Assembly: GCF_009914755.1 (NCBI RefSeq)
Contig: NC_060938.1
Direction: 5' to 3' (one strand)
Length of the DNA stretch: 64,000 bases
From: the human T2T-CHM13v2.0 reference genome, Homo sapiens
Shown here: in pieces, positions 19,726 to 39,377 of the stretch
Layout: each line of letters opens with the position of its first letter
How positions within the stretch are numbered: the stretch's first letter is position 1
Notes under the pieces: model-generated
The model's input: only the letters and a program-made list of their open reading frames with translations
Told to the model about the DNA's origin: nothing
Database searches by the model: none
Translations under genes and position numbers: made by a program

Positions 19726-19876
19726 TATAAGATTGCTTTTTTTAAAATTAAATATTAAGAGCCTTTCTTAAGCTGTGTGGTGTGGCTTTCTTCACTCCTG
19801 CTGCTGATTTACCACCATTGTTTATTAGATTGGGACAAGATCACTAACTACTATTAGACATGTACCCCATTTTTAC

Positions 19877-20357
19877 TGTATATTGCTGTATAACAATGGT
19901 GGCTTAAAATAGCAAAAGTTTATTATCTCTTTCAGTTATGTAGGTGGACTGGATGTAGGTTGATAGATTTGTTTCCATCTCTGATGTGGTGTCTGCTGGA
20001 TAGCTGGGGCATCTAAAATAGCCTTACTCACATGGTTAGCAGTTGGTGCTTGTTGCCAGCTAGAACTCAGCTGGAGCTGTTGACAATGTTCACATGTTCT
20101 CTTGAACATGGACTTTGTATGATTGTTTGGGCTGTCTCACTGCATGGGACCTAGATTCTAAACAGAAGTGTTATAGGTGACCAATTGGTAGCTGCAGTTT
20201 TCTTAAGACAAATCCTTAGATGTTACACTGCCACATTCCATTGGTCAAAAGAGGTCATAGAGCCAATTCAGATTTAACAGATAGGGGAAAGTCATGCTGA
20301 AAAAGAACACGTGGGATGAGATAATGTTGTGGCCCTTTTAAGAAATATAATTTACTT
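19877..20357 (-). mobile_element. MLT1 (H/J-like) solo LTR
   Basis: TATTGCTGTATAACAA, GTGGCTTAAAATAGCAA, CCACATTCCATTGGTCAAAA. Confidence 0.75.
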
Positions 20358-20842
20358 AATTTGAAATTTCCTGTGAAATTTTGAAACTTACTTTGAAACT
20401 TTGAAAGATTATTAGCAATTTTCCAAATAGTTTAACTTCATTATTAAGTGTATTCAAACTTCACAGAAGCCAGTATACAAAGGGAAATCCCAGATTTAAG
20501 TGATGAGTTTATATACCATTGTTTAACTGGTCCTCTGAGTGATCCTGCATGATTGATAATCCACACTACTGTCTCTCTAGACAGAAGACAGACTCAGTAA
20601 GGAAATGTTTTAAGTGGGTGTAATTCTGATATCTGCCATTACAAAAACAACGACGAAAAAGCAAATATTTCTTCTTATTTCTTATCAGCAAAAGAAAGGA
20701 ATGAGGTGTACTGGAATTCCTAGCACTGTGATACTCAAAATGTCAGTTTTTAAGGCTTTTGTGTTTTAGGGAAACACTCAAAGAAAAAATTTATGTGAGT
20801 TTTCAGGCTGTTTACTTACATTCTTAAGAAAAAGTGATTTTA

Positions 20843-20977
20843 GGCCGGGCACGGTGGCTCACACCTGTAATCCCAGCACTTTGGGAGGCTGAGGCAGGCA
20901 GATCATAAGGTCAGGAGATCGAGACCATCCTGGCTAACACGGTGAAACTCCGTCTCTACTAAAGAAAAAAAAAGAAA
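20843..20977 (+). mobile_element. AluY left monomer only, with A-tail and TSD
   Basis: GAGATCGAGACCATCCTGGCTAACACGGTGAAAC; perfect 17-bp TSD AAGAAAAAGTGATTTTA at 20826-20842 and 20978-20994. Confidence 0.95.
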
Positions 20978-22835
20978 AAGAAAAAGTGATTTTAGATCTT
21001 TTCAAAGATTTGTTTAATGTGTATTTGTTCATATTTTAATTTTTAAATGTAATTTCTCACTGGTAAATTTTCCTTAAAATATAAATTGCTCCCTGGATAT
21101 TTGTTCATTATTTTGCAAAGTACAAAACTCCATTAGAGTTTCATTTAATAAATATTAAGTACAATATTGGGACCCCTTATTGGCTTATATAAATCATATA
21201 AACAGGTGACTGTTTATAGGATTCCTTTATTTTAGCTGCCAGTAAGAAGCCTGCCATGATTTTTTTATGTCTTTGGATTCCCCATCTTACCTGCCAGCTC
21301 TAGTATCTATTATTGGTAGCCATAAAAAATACTGACAATATAGACCAGTTTGAATTTTCTTAAATTTATCACATAGGTATACCATATCACCTAAAAAAGT
21401 TAATGTGATTACAAAGATAGCTAATTTATACTCAGTCAGCAGATTCCTTTATTTGGCTGTGTCTCCAAGATAAATTAAAAATAAAATAATAAAAATAAAA
21501 AACTATAGTTGAGTTATAATATTTTACTGACTGAAATTTAACTTCAGCCAAGCTTTAAAAAAATTACACAGTTTATATCAGTACATCTTTATTTTATGTT
21601 CTATACATGACTCCATGATAAGTGTTCAATGTGGATTTCAGAGGATCCCAAATGACACACACACATACACAATATTGTATTAAAAAGTCAGATTGGTAAG
21701 GACCCTGTAGAAATCAGGATGCTTGCAACATGGATTTCAGCAAAGTTTCTGAAAAGATAATTAACAAGCAGGCTGGTTTATAGAATATATAATAAGGCTC
21801 TAAAAACACAATTGGGTTTTAACATGGCAAGTTGATGTAGCCCAAACAGTAAATAATCTGGATAATCTATTATCTTGATTTTTAACTGTTTTGATTCAGA
21901 TATTTCTTTGTAATGAAATTTTTGGCAAATTAAAATTTCACAACGCTACTCTTAGAACAGGATATAGGAATCTCCTCAGTTAACACCCGGACTCCTTTGT
22001 CAGATCTAACTGTAGTTGTAAGTATTTGCCTTGCTTACTTTGATGCTGCAGTCCTTGGTATGTATGATTTCCAAAGAATTGAAGAGTAAGTTTAATAATC
22101 TTGTCACTTTATTTAGCTTGGCTCTTCAATTCATTGGTTATTGATATTAAGATTTTGGTCTTTAGAATATAGGGTGTGATTTGACTTATAGTTAATAGGT
22201 TATACATGGCCATACTTAAATCTCTAATGATATGCCTTTGCACTTAGGATAAAATACAAAATCTTTGCAGTTATGTAACCCGGATTTTTAAATTTCAAGT
22301 TAGTTATCTTTACAAATTTTTATATCTTTCCACCTTATAATAAACATGAAACATTAATAGATTCAGGGAATGAAATCCTTTTCTTAAGAAGATAAGATTA
22401 AAATTTTATGTCATCAGAAAATATAATTTTAGGGTACTAACCAGTAAGATATAGATAAGGAATGAGACAACCTATAGATAAGCTTTACCTGCTTTATTAA
22501 GTCTAATGCATACTAGAGACTTTTTTATTCTTTGAGTTTCAGGAAGTTAAATTTGTTCCTCTGTCTCATAAGATAGTATTATAGTTTGTGAGAAAGTTCT
22601 AATTTAACAAACACTTAAAAGGACTACCATGTTTAAGGCATTTTCTTAAGTTCCAGAAATATAGTCTAGCTGAAAAATCAAAATCATGTGTATTATATAT
22701 TATGAATATGTATAATACAGTGTAATGGGTAGAATAATGGGAGCATGTTTAAATACAGTGGGGAAACTGGTAAGTATGAGGTTAATTTTGTTTGTTGCTC
22801 TCTGACAAAAATCTTAGAAAGTCAGTGGCCTTTAA

Positions 22836-24624
<1,789 letters not shown>

Positions 24625-25055
24625 TTAAGCTAGACCTTGAAGCTTATTTTAAAGTTTGGCAAATAAAAGGCAGAGGCAAGAGAATAGCTAGAAATATGTA
24701 TGTGTGTACCCCCACATACACATATATATGTGTATATATGTAACATATAAACTATAGATGATATTTTATAAAATTTATATATCTAAATTGATTTATAAGT
24801 TTATACATCTACAAATTTTAACAGATATATACATATGAAATTTTGTCTGAAATTAAAGCTTGCCATTGGGAGATTTTATATGTAAATGTAAGTAGTGCTT
24901 ATCGTATTTCTGTTTAGAAAGTAACTGGGTATTCATTGGAGATTAGGTTAGAGAAGATATTAAATGTAGGGATTTAATGAAGGATCACAGATGACATAGA
25001 CTGGAGTAAAGGCATTTATAATAAAGAAGCTGAAACACCTAGGTGCAATGGATCA

Positions 25056-25466
<411 letters not shown>

Positions 25467-26121
25467 CTAGGTCACATTAAAAATGAACATGAAATGATAT
25501 TAATTACTTAACAGTTTTTTTATCCTTTGGGGTTTTTTAACTATACCACTCTCTTATTGTTATACTATGAAATGTCCAAAGTGCTACTAGTACTTTTGTT
25601 TGAGGCAAATATTATTCAGAGACTAAGTTTGACCTTGAACATCACCTTGGATTTAATACAGGCTTTCAAGTAAATATTTGATTTTAGGAAAACCTATGTG
25701 TTGAGGCTTTCCTTCCAAGTAGAATGGAGTAGCTGGTAGCAAATTAGTACTTCTGCTTAGAGCAATGAGAAAATCAAGATAAAATATACATGTAACCATT
25801 CTGTATCAGAGTTGACCTTGGGGATGTATTTCAAGTCTCAGTTGTATCTGTAGTAAAGCTTATTCTTCCTCTGTTTTGTCCTAATTATATTGGTAATCAC
25901 ATTCAATATAAATTGACTAATTATTAAAATTGAATCACTAAGCTTGTCAGGCTGTATAAAACAAGTAAACCCCAATTATATGCTGCATTCAAGAGCCACA
26001 TCTTAAATTAAATGGGAGGATGAAGCTAAAAGGATGAATAGATACACTGTCCTAACACTGAAAGGCAAACTGGTGTAGCTACTATATCCAATAAGGTAGA
26101 CTATAAGATAAAGACTAAATA

Positions 26122-26430
26122 TAGGTGGTCCATAACGTATGATGGTTCAACTTACAATTGTTTGACGTAACGGTGGTGCAAAAATGATACACATTCAGTA
26201 GAAGCTATGCTTTGAATTTTGATCTTTCTCTAGGCTAGTGATATGTAATAGAATACTCTATTGCAGTGTTGGGCAGTAGCAGCAAGCTGCAGTTTCCACT
26301 CAGCCAAGCAGTCATGAGGGTAAATAACCAACACTCTATAGTATATGAAATGTATTTTTGACTTAACAATATTTTTCACTTACAGTGGGTTTCTCAGGAT
26401 ATAGCCTCATTATAAAGTTAGGAGAATTTG
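26122..26430 (-). mobile_element. MER47-like (Tigger5 family) MITE
   Basis: TA-flanked; TATGATGGTTCAACTTACAATT... and ...CTTACAGTGGGTTTCTCAGGATATAGCCTCATTATAAAGTTAGGAGAATTTG. Confidence 0.8.
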
Positions 26431-27074
26431 TATAAAAGATGGATGTTTTATAATAATAAAAGGGTAATTGTATCAGGAAGTTTTCACTATCCTAAATCTG
26501 CATGCACATAGTGAGATAGTATATATAAAGCAAAAATTGATAGAAGCAAAAGAACTGGACAAATCCCCAAATATACTGGGAGAATTTATGATGCTGTCAG
26601 TAGTACCAACCATCAATAGCTGATAGAACAAGTAGATGACAAAAAAAAAAAAAGAGAGAGGTAGAGCACATTTTTACAGCAAGAGTAATAAGTGACTTAA
26701 TTTACAACTATATAACATTTCACTGGAAAATATGAGAGTACACATTCTTTTGAAGTTCAGATGGAAGATTAATCAAAATTGGCCAAATAGGGGATATAGA
26801 TCAATAGGTATAAAGATTTAGTGCAATTAAAATGTCAAATAGGTTTTGGGTTTTTTAAAGTAAAAAAATGACTATCTCTTCTGAAATTTGTTTAGAAATT
26901 CAAAGGATCAAGGATAATCAAGGCAATCTTAAGGAGTAACAAAATAAGTGTAAGAGAGAGTACCAATTGTCATCATTTTCTGTAACACAATACTAGAGTT
27001 ATTAAAAACAGTGGTATTGATGCAAGAATAGGCTGGTGCAAGAATAGGCTAGTGTAACAGGAGAGAGTATCCAG

Positions 27075-27691
27075 TGTGGTAGGCAGAATAATGGCCTTCA
27101 AAGATATCCAGCCCTAATTCGTGGTACCTGTGAATATGTCACATTATAAGGCAAAAGGAACTTTGCAAATACAGTTAAGGTTACAGACAATTAAGATAGT
27201 AAAATGATCCTGGGTTTTCTGAGTGGGCCCAGTCTAATCACATGAACCCTTAAGAGCAGAGAAGTTTTTCCAGCTGAAAGCAGAATAGAGATGCAGCAGA
27301 AGGGGGAGTCATTGATTCCAAGCATGAGAAAGATTCTGTGCACTATTATTGATGAGATTTAAGGGCCTATGTAAAAGACTGGAGAGAGGCCTCTGGTTGC
27401 TAAACATAGCCTCTAGCTTAAGTCAGCAAGGAAATAGGGACATCAATCCTGTAACCAAAGGAACTGAAGGAACTGGACTGTGTGAAGTAGAATCTTTACT
27501 GAGCCTTAAGAGTACGAGCTCAGCAGGCAGACATTTTGATTTTTGTTTTTTTTTTTTTTGAAACTGGGAGTAGAAAAATTAGCTGAGCTAACCTGGATTT
27601 CTGACTTGTAAATTGTGAATAGTAAAATTGTGTTGTTTTGAGCTGCAAAGTTTGTTCTAATTTGTTACAGAAGTAAAAGAAAACTATTACT
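27075..27691 (+). mobile_element. MLT1E-like solo LTR
   Basis: TGTGGTAGGCAGAATAATGGCC...TTTGTTACAGAAGTAAAAGAAAACTATTAC; 5-bp TSD TCCAG. Confidence 0.9.
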
Positions 27692-29519
27692 TCCAGGAAC
27701 AGGTCTGCATATATGCTTCTACCTGATTTATGACTGATTTTTTTAAGTATAATGGAGAAAAGAATTTTATTTCAATTCAATATCCTTATAGAAAATATGC
27801 TTATTGACATACATAAAAATCCATTTTAGGTACATCATAGATCCAACTATGAAAGATTTAAAAAATAAAGCTTTTAGATGGAAACATGGCAGAATATCTT
27901 CGTGATCTTGGGTTAGGGAAAGATTTCTTAATAATAGGAAAAATTGATACATTGGATCACATTAAAAATAAGAACTTTAGAAATCTAAAAACTGAAAGGT
28001 AAATCATAGAATGAAAGAAGATACTTGTAATACATATATCCAACAAAGGACTCATATTCCATAACCCAATTTTAAAAATGAATAAAAGACTTGAAAAGGC
28101 ACTTCACAAATAGTATATGTTCAATATGAACATGAAAAGATACTCAACATAAAAAATCATTAGGGAAATGCAAGCTAAAACCACAGCAAAATATTTCTAC
28201 ACACCCACCAGAGTGGCTAAGTAAAAAAGATGCCTTTTCCAAGTGTTTGTAAGGAAGTTGTATAGTTGGATATCTGATACACAAATTGGTACTACCACTT
28301 TGGGAAACTGGGAGTGTTTACTAAACCTGAACATATATGTTATCTATTACCCAGGAATTTTAGTTGTAGGTATATATCTAAAAGGAAAGTTTGCTTAAGT
28401 TTACCAAAGGACATGTGCAGGAATGTTGATACTATTTGTAATGACCTAAATTGGAAACAATCCAAATGTCTACTTATAGTAGAATGGATAACTAAATCAT
28501 GGTACATTCATAGCATGGTATACTGTACAATGAGAATGAACAGCATACAATTAAATTTAAACATAGATGAATCTCATAAACTTAATGTTCTGCAGAGGCA
28601 TCAGATACAAAAGGAATGCCTATGGTATGATTCATTTTTATAAAGTTCAGAAACAGACAAAATTAATATATAGTGTTAGAAGTCAGTATTTCCTTCTGTT
28701 GTGGGTAGAGCAATGACTGGGAGAAAGTATGAGGGGAGTTTTTTTTTTTTTTAATCAAAGATTTAGACACTGCTTTCAAGCTCTATATGTGTTTGAGGAA
28801 TTGGTGTTTTCACTCTTTTTATTCTTTTTCTTATGTAGATAATAACTATAGTTAATTCACTGTTTTACTTCGATCAGTTTAATAATACTGATTATGTTCA
28901 CGTTTATTTGAGTCTTGTACCTGTACCAACCAGGTAGATAGGAGAAGTATATGCATAATCAAAGACAGCCAACTGAGCCAGCTGAGATTTATTTACAAGT
29001 GATAGCTTAATTATTTGGGGGCTTTACATTAGTTCTTTCAATTAATCAGTTTTTTGCTTTCTTGTCTATTCATTGGAGTTTACTTCTAAAGCTACCTGTC
29101 CTTTGTTGACATTTGGATTTCTCTGTTTAATTATTTAGATTTGGGATTAGTTCTGTAAAATTCACAGAACGCCTTGGGTTACACTTGAGTTTGGGAACAA
29201 GTAATTACAAGTTATATTAAGATTGTAAATGATCTGTATACTGCAGACATCATTCTTCTCAAATTTCTCTTTAAGTATGTCTAAATTATAACATAAACCA
29301 GTGGTTTAGTATGCTTTTTTAGATACTGATGATGCTTTGTGAGACTAATTTTATTCTCTACCCACATCAGTATCTTTTCTGATTGCCTTGATGAAATTAG
29401 ATAAACCTTTATCTATGCCACCCACTACCAAAGATGTTTCACTTTTCCTTCTATCCTTTTAAGGGTATTTATCACAATGTCAAAGCAGGAAAAATAGTAA
29501 TAAACATAGTTATAGAAAT

Positions 29520-29748
29520 AATAACAGCAAATGGTTATAACATGTCAATCAGTATTTAAAGCACTTTATTGACTTATTTAACATATGAAACAACTGAGAG
29601 AGGTGTGATTGTTAGCTTAATTTTAAACATGAGAAAGAAAGTCTCAGACCACAGGTTAACTAACTTGCTGAAGGTCACACATCTATTAAATGTATGTGTC
29701 AGAATTAAATCCAGATTACCTAGTCTTTGTCCTTAACCACTGTGCCAG
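29520..29748 (-). mobile_element. MIR
   Basis: TTTTAAACATGAGAAAG...GGTTAACTAACTTGCTGAAGGTCACAC...CTTAACCACTGTGC. Confidence 0.8.
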
Positions 29749-30390
29749 TAAAAGACAGATAAGGAGATTTTCAAAGTTAAAATTCAGTCACTAACTAAAC
29801 AAATCTGGGATTATAAGTTTTTCAAAGTTTTGAATAAGCTAATGATTATATTTAAATAGTAATAATTTTTAGGTAAATTTTTTTATAATTGCATATTTAA
29901 AATACTAATTTAAATTTTGTAGTAAGGCATGTAAATGTTGTTTGCCATACTGTTTCATGTTTGGAAGTCTGTTTATGTTTATCCTTTCTTTCCCAATATA
30001 TAGGAAAAGGTAATTCATGGGCCATCCTAAAGGAGTGTGTTAGGTTGTTCTGTAGCTTTTTGTAGTAGTATATTTGTATGTAATGAAGTGCATTTTTAAA
30101 TTGCACTTGTAATTTTTAATTGCTTCTTAGAAATTCCTGAATATTTAGGAACTTCATAAAAATATTCTGGAAGCAAGCATTACCTGGATAACATGGTACT
30201 TAAAAACCTTTCATTATCAAGGAAATAAAAAATAGAAAAGAATGTTGGTATGAATTATAAGAATGGAAATAATCTAACAGATATTTATCTAATTACATTT
30301 ATCCAGATGAGTTTTTCTGATTTGCTTATAATACATCACAACAACATCTCAGCCTGTCTCCAGGTTGGTACATCTTTATTTAAAAATTTG

Positions 30391-30692
<302 letters not shown>

Positions 30693-30799
30693 GAAAATTT
30701 TTTTTAAAGTTATTTAAACTGATTTTATATGCACCATTTATTTATAACAATTTTATTTTATTTTATAATGTTTTACATTTGTGTCTCTCATTAGATACT

Positions 30800-30975
30800 C
30801 AGACTAACCCTATGATCTCATAGGGGAGATATAATTGTCCCATTGTTTTTACAAGGGGCCTGATGACCAGAGGTTAAAATGTATGTACAGAGTCACTCTA
30901 CAAATATGCCATATAATTATCATTTGAAACCACATCTTCCGTTCTCTGATACAATGCTTTTCCCATTGCTCCAGG
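30800..30975 (-). mobile_element. MIR fragment
   Basis: AACCCTATGA...TGTCCCATT...AGAGGTTAA...ATTTGAAACCAC. Confidence 0.55.
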
Positions 30976-31049
30976 TCACTTCTCATATGATTTGAAAACC
31001 AACCAACCAATAACAACTTTACCTATGATTAGAATCCCATCATTTAAAG

Positions 31050-32222
<1,173 letters not shown>

Positions 32223-32456
32223 TTGTATAGGTAGAATTAAAAATACATAAATCAGATCATGCCAACCCTTTAAAGTCATCTAGTGTGCTTAAGATAAAAT
32301 TTAAAATCCTTTTAAAAAAGATTTAAAAATGTATAGTAAATGCCCACATGATTCTCACAGTTAGGTGTGCTTCTTTCATTGTATTAAGGATGTATAAATT
32401 TTATAAGACTAAATATCGTGAGATATTTATTATTGAATATATAGCAATTCAAAATA

Positions 32457-32787
32457 CAGTAGTCCCTCCTTTTCTGCAAGGGATACATTCCAAGAACCCT
32501 AGTTGATCCCTGAAATCACAGATGTTACTGAGCCCTGTATATACCTTGTTTTTTCATTTATATACATACCTATGATAAAGTTTAACTTATAAGTTAGGCA
32601 CAGTATGAGATTAACAATAACTAATAATAAAATAGAATAATTATAATAATATAAGTTATGTGAATGTGTTCTCTGTCACCCTCTCTCATAATATTATATT
32701 GTACAGTACTCACCTGGTTTTAGACATCAGTTGATCATAAGTAACTGAAACTCTGTAAAGAGAAACCACACATAAGGGAGACTACTG
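32457..32787 (-). mobile_element. MER44A-like (Tigger7) MITE
   Basis: TA-CAGTAGTCCCTCC...GGGAGACTACTG-TA terminal inverted repeats. Confidence 0.9.
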
Positions 32788-33405
32788 TATTTTATGAAAT
32801 ATGTATGTGCATATTAAATGGAAAATGTTTTAAAAATATTCAAATGTTAAAACATTGCAAACTGATTTAAAGATCCACTCACAAAGGCAATCAGCTTGCA
32901 AATTCAAAGGAAGTTGCTATTACCTGTATTTTCTCAGTTATACCACAGTGGAGCTATTCATAATGTATCAGAAAGCTAGGCGTCACAGTTGGATATTATG
33001 TATATAAATCAGTTGATTTTTGACTCAAATAACTGAAGTGTGTTTTGGAGATAAGTTTTATGATTGGAATTGGAAATGACTGAATTTTGTGGAGCAAAGC
33101 TTTTAACTGTGTTCACTTGGAGATATTCTATAGTGCTTTGACTCTGGTTTACTACTGTGCCCAGTGGGGTAGATATTTTTTTAAAAAGACACGTATTCAG
33201 GAAAAAATTTTATTTATAAAGATTACAATATTTGCTCTTGAAAATAAGAAATAATGTTAGTCAAAGAAGCCCTGAATATTACTGTAAATCATTGTACATG
33301 TATTAGTCCTTATGGATTTCTTTGCACTAGTAAAAATATAATTATTCATTTTATTTATATAAGGTCTTTGTGCTGCTGTAAGAAAATACCACCAATGGTA
33401 ATTTA

Positions 33406-33719
33406 CAGTCAGGCACTGCATATTTCAATCAGTGGTGGACAACATGTGCAAAGGTGGTTGTAGAAGATTATAATACAGTGTATTTACTGTATTTTCTGTG
33501 TTTAGATAGGTATTTACCACTGTGTTACAGCTGCCTACAGTAACATCTTCTATAGGTTTGTAGCCTAGGATCAATAGGCTATACTATATAGCCTAGCTGT
33601 GTAGTAGGCTATACTATTTAGATTTGTGTAAGAATAGACTGTGAGGTTCACACAATGATGAGATCACCTAATGTCATATTTCTGAGAACATATCCCTGTT
33701 GTTAAGCAATGCATGACTG
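33406..33719 (-). mobile_element. Tigger3a/MER7A-like MITE
   Basis: TA-CAGTCAGGCAC...GCATGACTG-TA; homologous, in inverted orientation, to 13203-13450. Confidence 0.9.
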
Positions 33720-34035
33720 TATAAGAAACACTCAATAAATAATGTATGGTAGAAGGTGATTAAATACCAAAATAAATGAAAACCATTAAAGTGGGCTTAA
33801 AAACAAAGTCTCATAATTTTAGTTACTCATCACATAAAAATGCTTTAGTTGTTGCCTGTTCCCTAACAGATAAGTGAATGTTCACCTAAGGAGACTCAGG
33901 AGAAATCCCCAATACTGAGACAAACCCAGAGATTGAGGGATAACTGTTCTGATTCAGAGGGTTTTGTTTGATCTTACCCCTAAACTTTACAATGAAAGTA
34001 TGTTTGGTAATACAGTTAATATAAAAATCAGGGTT

Positions 34036-37054
<3,019 letters not shown>

Positions 37055-37134
37055 AAAAATGAAATCCATCTTTCTTTGCATTCTTTCAAAAGATTGAGTC
37101 TTTCAGAATATAGAGGGGGGCCTATAATGGGATA

Positions 37135-37230
37135 TATTCATTAACTCATGCAACAAATATTTATTAAACACCTATCATATGCCAAACATTGTGGTTACCA
37201 GGGAGATAGAGTGATAAACAATATAGACAT
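37135..37230 (-). mobile_element. L2 3' end
   Basis: CAACAAATATTTATTAAACACCTATCATATGCCAAACATTGTG. Confidence 0.75.
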
Positions 37231-37669
37231 TTGCAAAATATTCACTTCATTCCCCTATTGATAAGCATTGATGCATCCTGTGTCATATAGAAAAGGAGGA
37301 AAATTATTATTCGGTAATATTATAGAACTTAATGCAATTTAAGCAAATGCGTGTATACAAATGTGTATATTTTGTATATATTTGATATAATATACCATAT
37401 ATATATAATATCATTCTATGTAACCTACCACATGTTCAGAATCTGCTGCAGAGATTTTTTCTGTGACACAAAGAAACATTAAATGCTTATGCTTCTTTTG
37501 TTTTTTGTGGGTTTTTTTTTCTGTTTTTAAACTAGGGATTTGGTTATCCTGCAAATTATGAATTTACTTTTGTTTTAATATTCTAAAGCTATACATTAAT
37601 ATTATTTGCCACATATTGGCTGAGAGCTATTGAATCCTTTATAGTGTAACATTCTTGGCCTAACAGTCT

Positions 37670-38278
37670 GCATTTCCCAGGCTGCCAGCAAAGCAATTCG
37701 GTGGGGCAATTGTGGTCATGCAGGGGCCTTGTGAGCGGTTGGCAGAGAGAGAAGCATACAGATCAGACAGACTCCTATCCTGCAGGAAAGGTAGCCCTCC
37801 TTTCTCCCATCCCAGCAGTCAGCAGGAGGTAGAGCCGCTCAGAGCTATATGAAGAGCCTTTGGGAATAGGTGCCTATGGTTATGTTTTGCTGCAGCTGCC
37901 CTATATTCACAACCTCCTGCATTCCATGCAGGCTTGACCTCTGCCTCTGCCTATTCTCTGGGCAGTTCTCCCTGTCAATTCAGCTGTCTGGGGGTCATGG
38001 GATCCCAGAGGTAGCTAGGATGCCAGTGTGTTTCTCTGCAGTTCCTTCACTTACACCTTTCTTAGGAACTGTTGAGGGCTGGGAGCTGGTCCTGGTACTC
38101 GGCAATGTTTTGCAGTGTTCCCAGCATCCTCCCTCTTCTACCTCAGTGTCAGTAGTACCTTTCTATCAACTTTCAGTGTTTTCTTTAAAAAGAAAGTGTG
38201 ATGGTTTACTGGATATTTTGGGTTCAGTGAAGTGGGAGAGGCACTTTCTGGCTGCATTTAGTCAGCCATCCTGCTCCA
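37670..38278 (-). mobile_element. Old L1P (PB/PA15-16-like) 5'UTR fragment
   Basis: GC-richer segment ending ...TTTAGTCAGCCATCCTG, the reverse complement of an L1 5' terminus. Confidence 0.7.
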
Positions 38279-39127
38279 TAGTCATTGGAATTATCTTTCT
38301 AAATTTTATTTTCTGATTGTTGTTCCTGGTATATAAAATTATAATTGATTTTTTAATTAAACTTTTTAGATAGTTGTAGAATTACATGTGGTTAAAATAT
38401 TTTCTAAAGAGAGATCCTCTGTACCCTCTATCCAGTTTCCTCAAATGGTAATATTTAGCAAAACAGTACAGTGTCACAATCAGGAGTTTGACACTGACCC
38501 AGTGAAGATAAAGGACATTTTCATCAACACAAGGATCCCTCAATTTGCCTATTTGTAAAATACCCACTTCCCTTTCCCCATCTCCCACCTGAACTCCTTG
38601 TAAACACTAATTTGTTCTCCATTTCTATAATATTGTTAAATCAAGAAACTTATATAAGTGGAATCACACCACATGTAATCTTTTGGGGTTGTGTACTTTC
38701 TATTAGCATAATTATCTAGATATTTATCCATACTGTATATCAGGCGTTGGCCACATTGTATGACAGAGAAGTATTCCATGGTATGGATGTGCCACAGTCT
38801 AACATTCACTGATTAAGGGAAATCTAGGTTGCTTTCAATTGTGGGTAAATACAAAACTACTGTAACCCCCTATACAGGTTTTGGGTATTAACACAGTTTT
38901 CTTTTCTCTGGGATAAATGTCCAGGGGTGCAATAGCAGAGTTGGCATGGTAATTGCCTATTTAATTCTTAAAATAACTGCTAAAATGTATGCAGAATGAC
39001 TGTAAAATTGTGCATTCCAACCAGTGAACTATGAATGATCCAATTCTTTCCATCTTCACCAGCATTTTTTAGTCACTATTTTAAAAAATGTAGCTATTGT
39101 TATAGATGTGTGATGATATCTCATTAC

Positions 39128-39377
39128 ATTTTTTTGTTTGTTTTTGTTTTTTTGAGACAGTCTTGCTCTGTCACCCAGGCTGGAGTGCAGTGGCACGTGT
39201 GACTCAGTCTCCCAAGTAGCTGGGATTACAGATGTGCGCCACCATGCCCAGCTAATTTTCATATTTTAAGTAGAGGTGAGGTTTCAGCATCTATGGTCTC
39301 GAACCCCTGGCCTCAAGTGATCCGCCTGCCTCAGCCTCCCAAAGTGCTGGAATTACAGGTGTGAGCCACCACGCCTG
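39128..39377 (-). mobile_element. AluS with internal deletions
   Basis: Right arm jumps from TGGCACG to CTCAGTCTCCCAAG. Confidence 0.88.

Larger units (their letters stand above)
25700..28740 (+). mobile_element. Fragmented L1ME/MC (ORF2 pieces and 3' end)
   Basis: Endonuclease-domain motifs around 25900-26760; 3' end motifs TGGAAACAATCCAAATGTC and TATGGTATGATTCATTTTTATAAAGTTCAGAAACAGACAAAATTAA. Confidence 0.75.

Noticed and set aside
21961-22017. Exon-like 57-nt segment CAG|GATATAGG...GTAGTT|GTAAGT (DIGISSVNTRTPLSDLTVV)
   Set aside because: The acceptor lacks a polypyrimidine tract and I do not recognise the peptide. The reverse complement of about 21850-22070 resembles a decayed L1 endonuclease region (GGAGATTCCTATATCC similar to GDFNTP codons; GCAGCATCAAAGTAAGCAAGGCAAA). 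Not fully excluded without RNA-seq.
30004-30009. Possible 6-nt microexon TAG|GAAAAG|GTAATT
   Set aside because: Too short to distinguish from chance; no supporting evidence.
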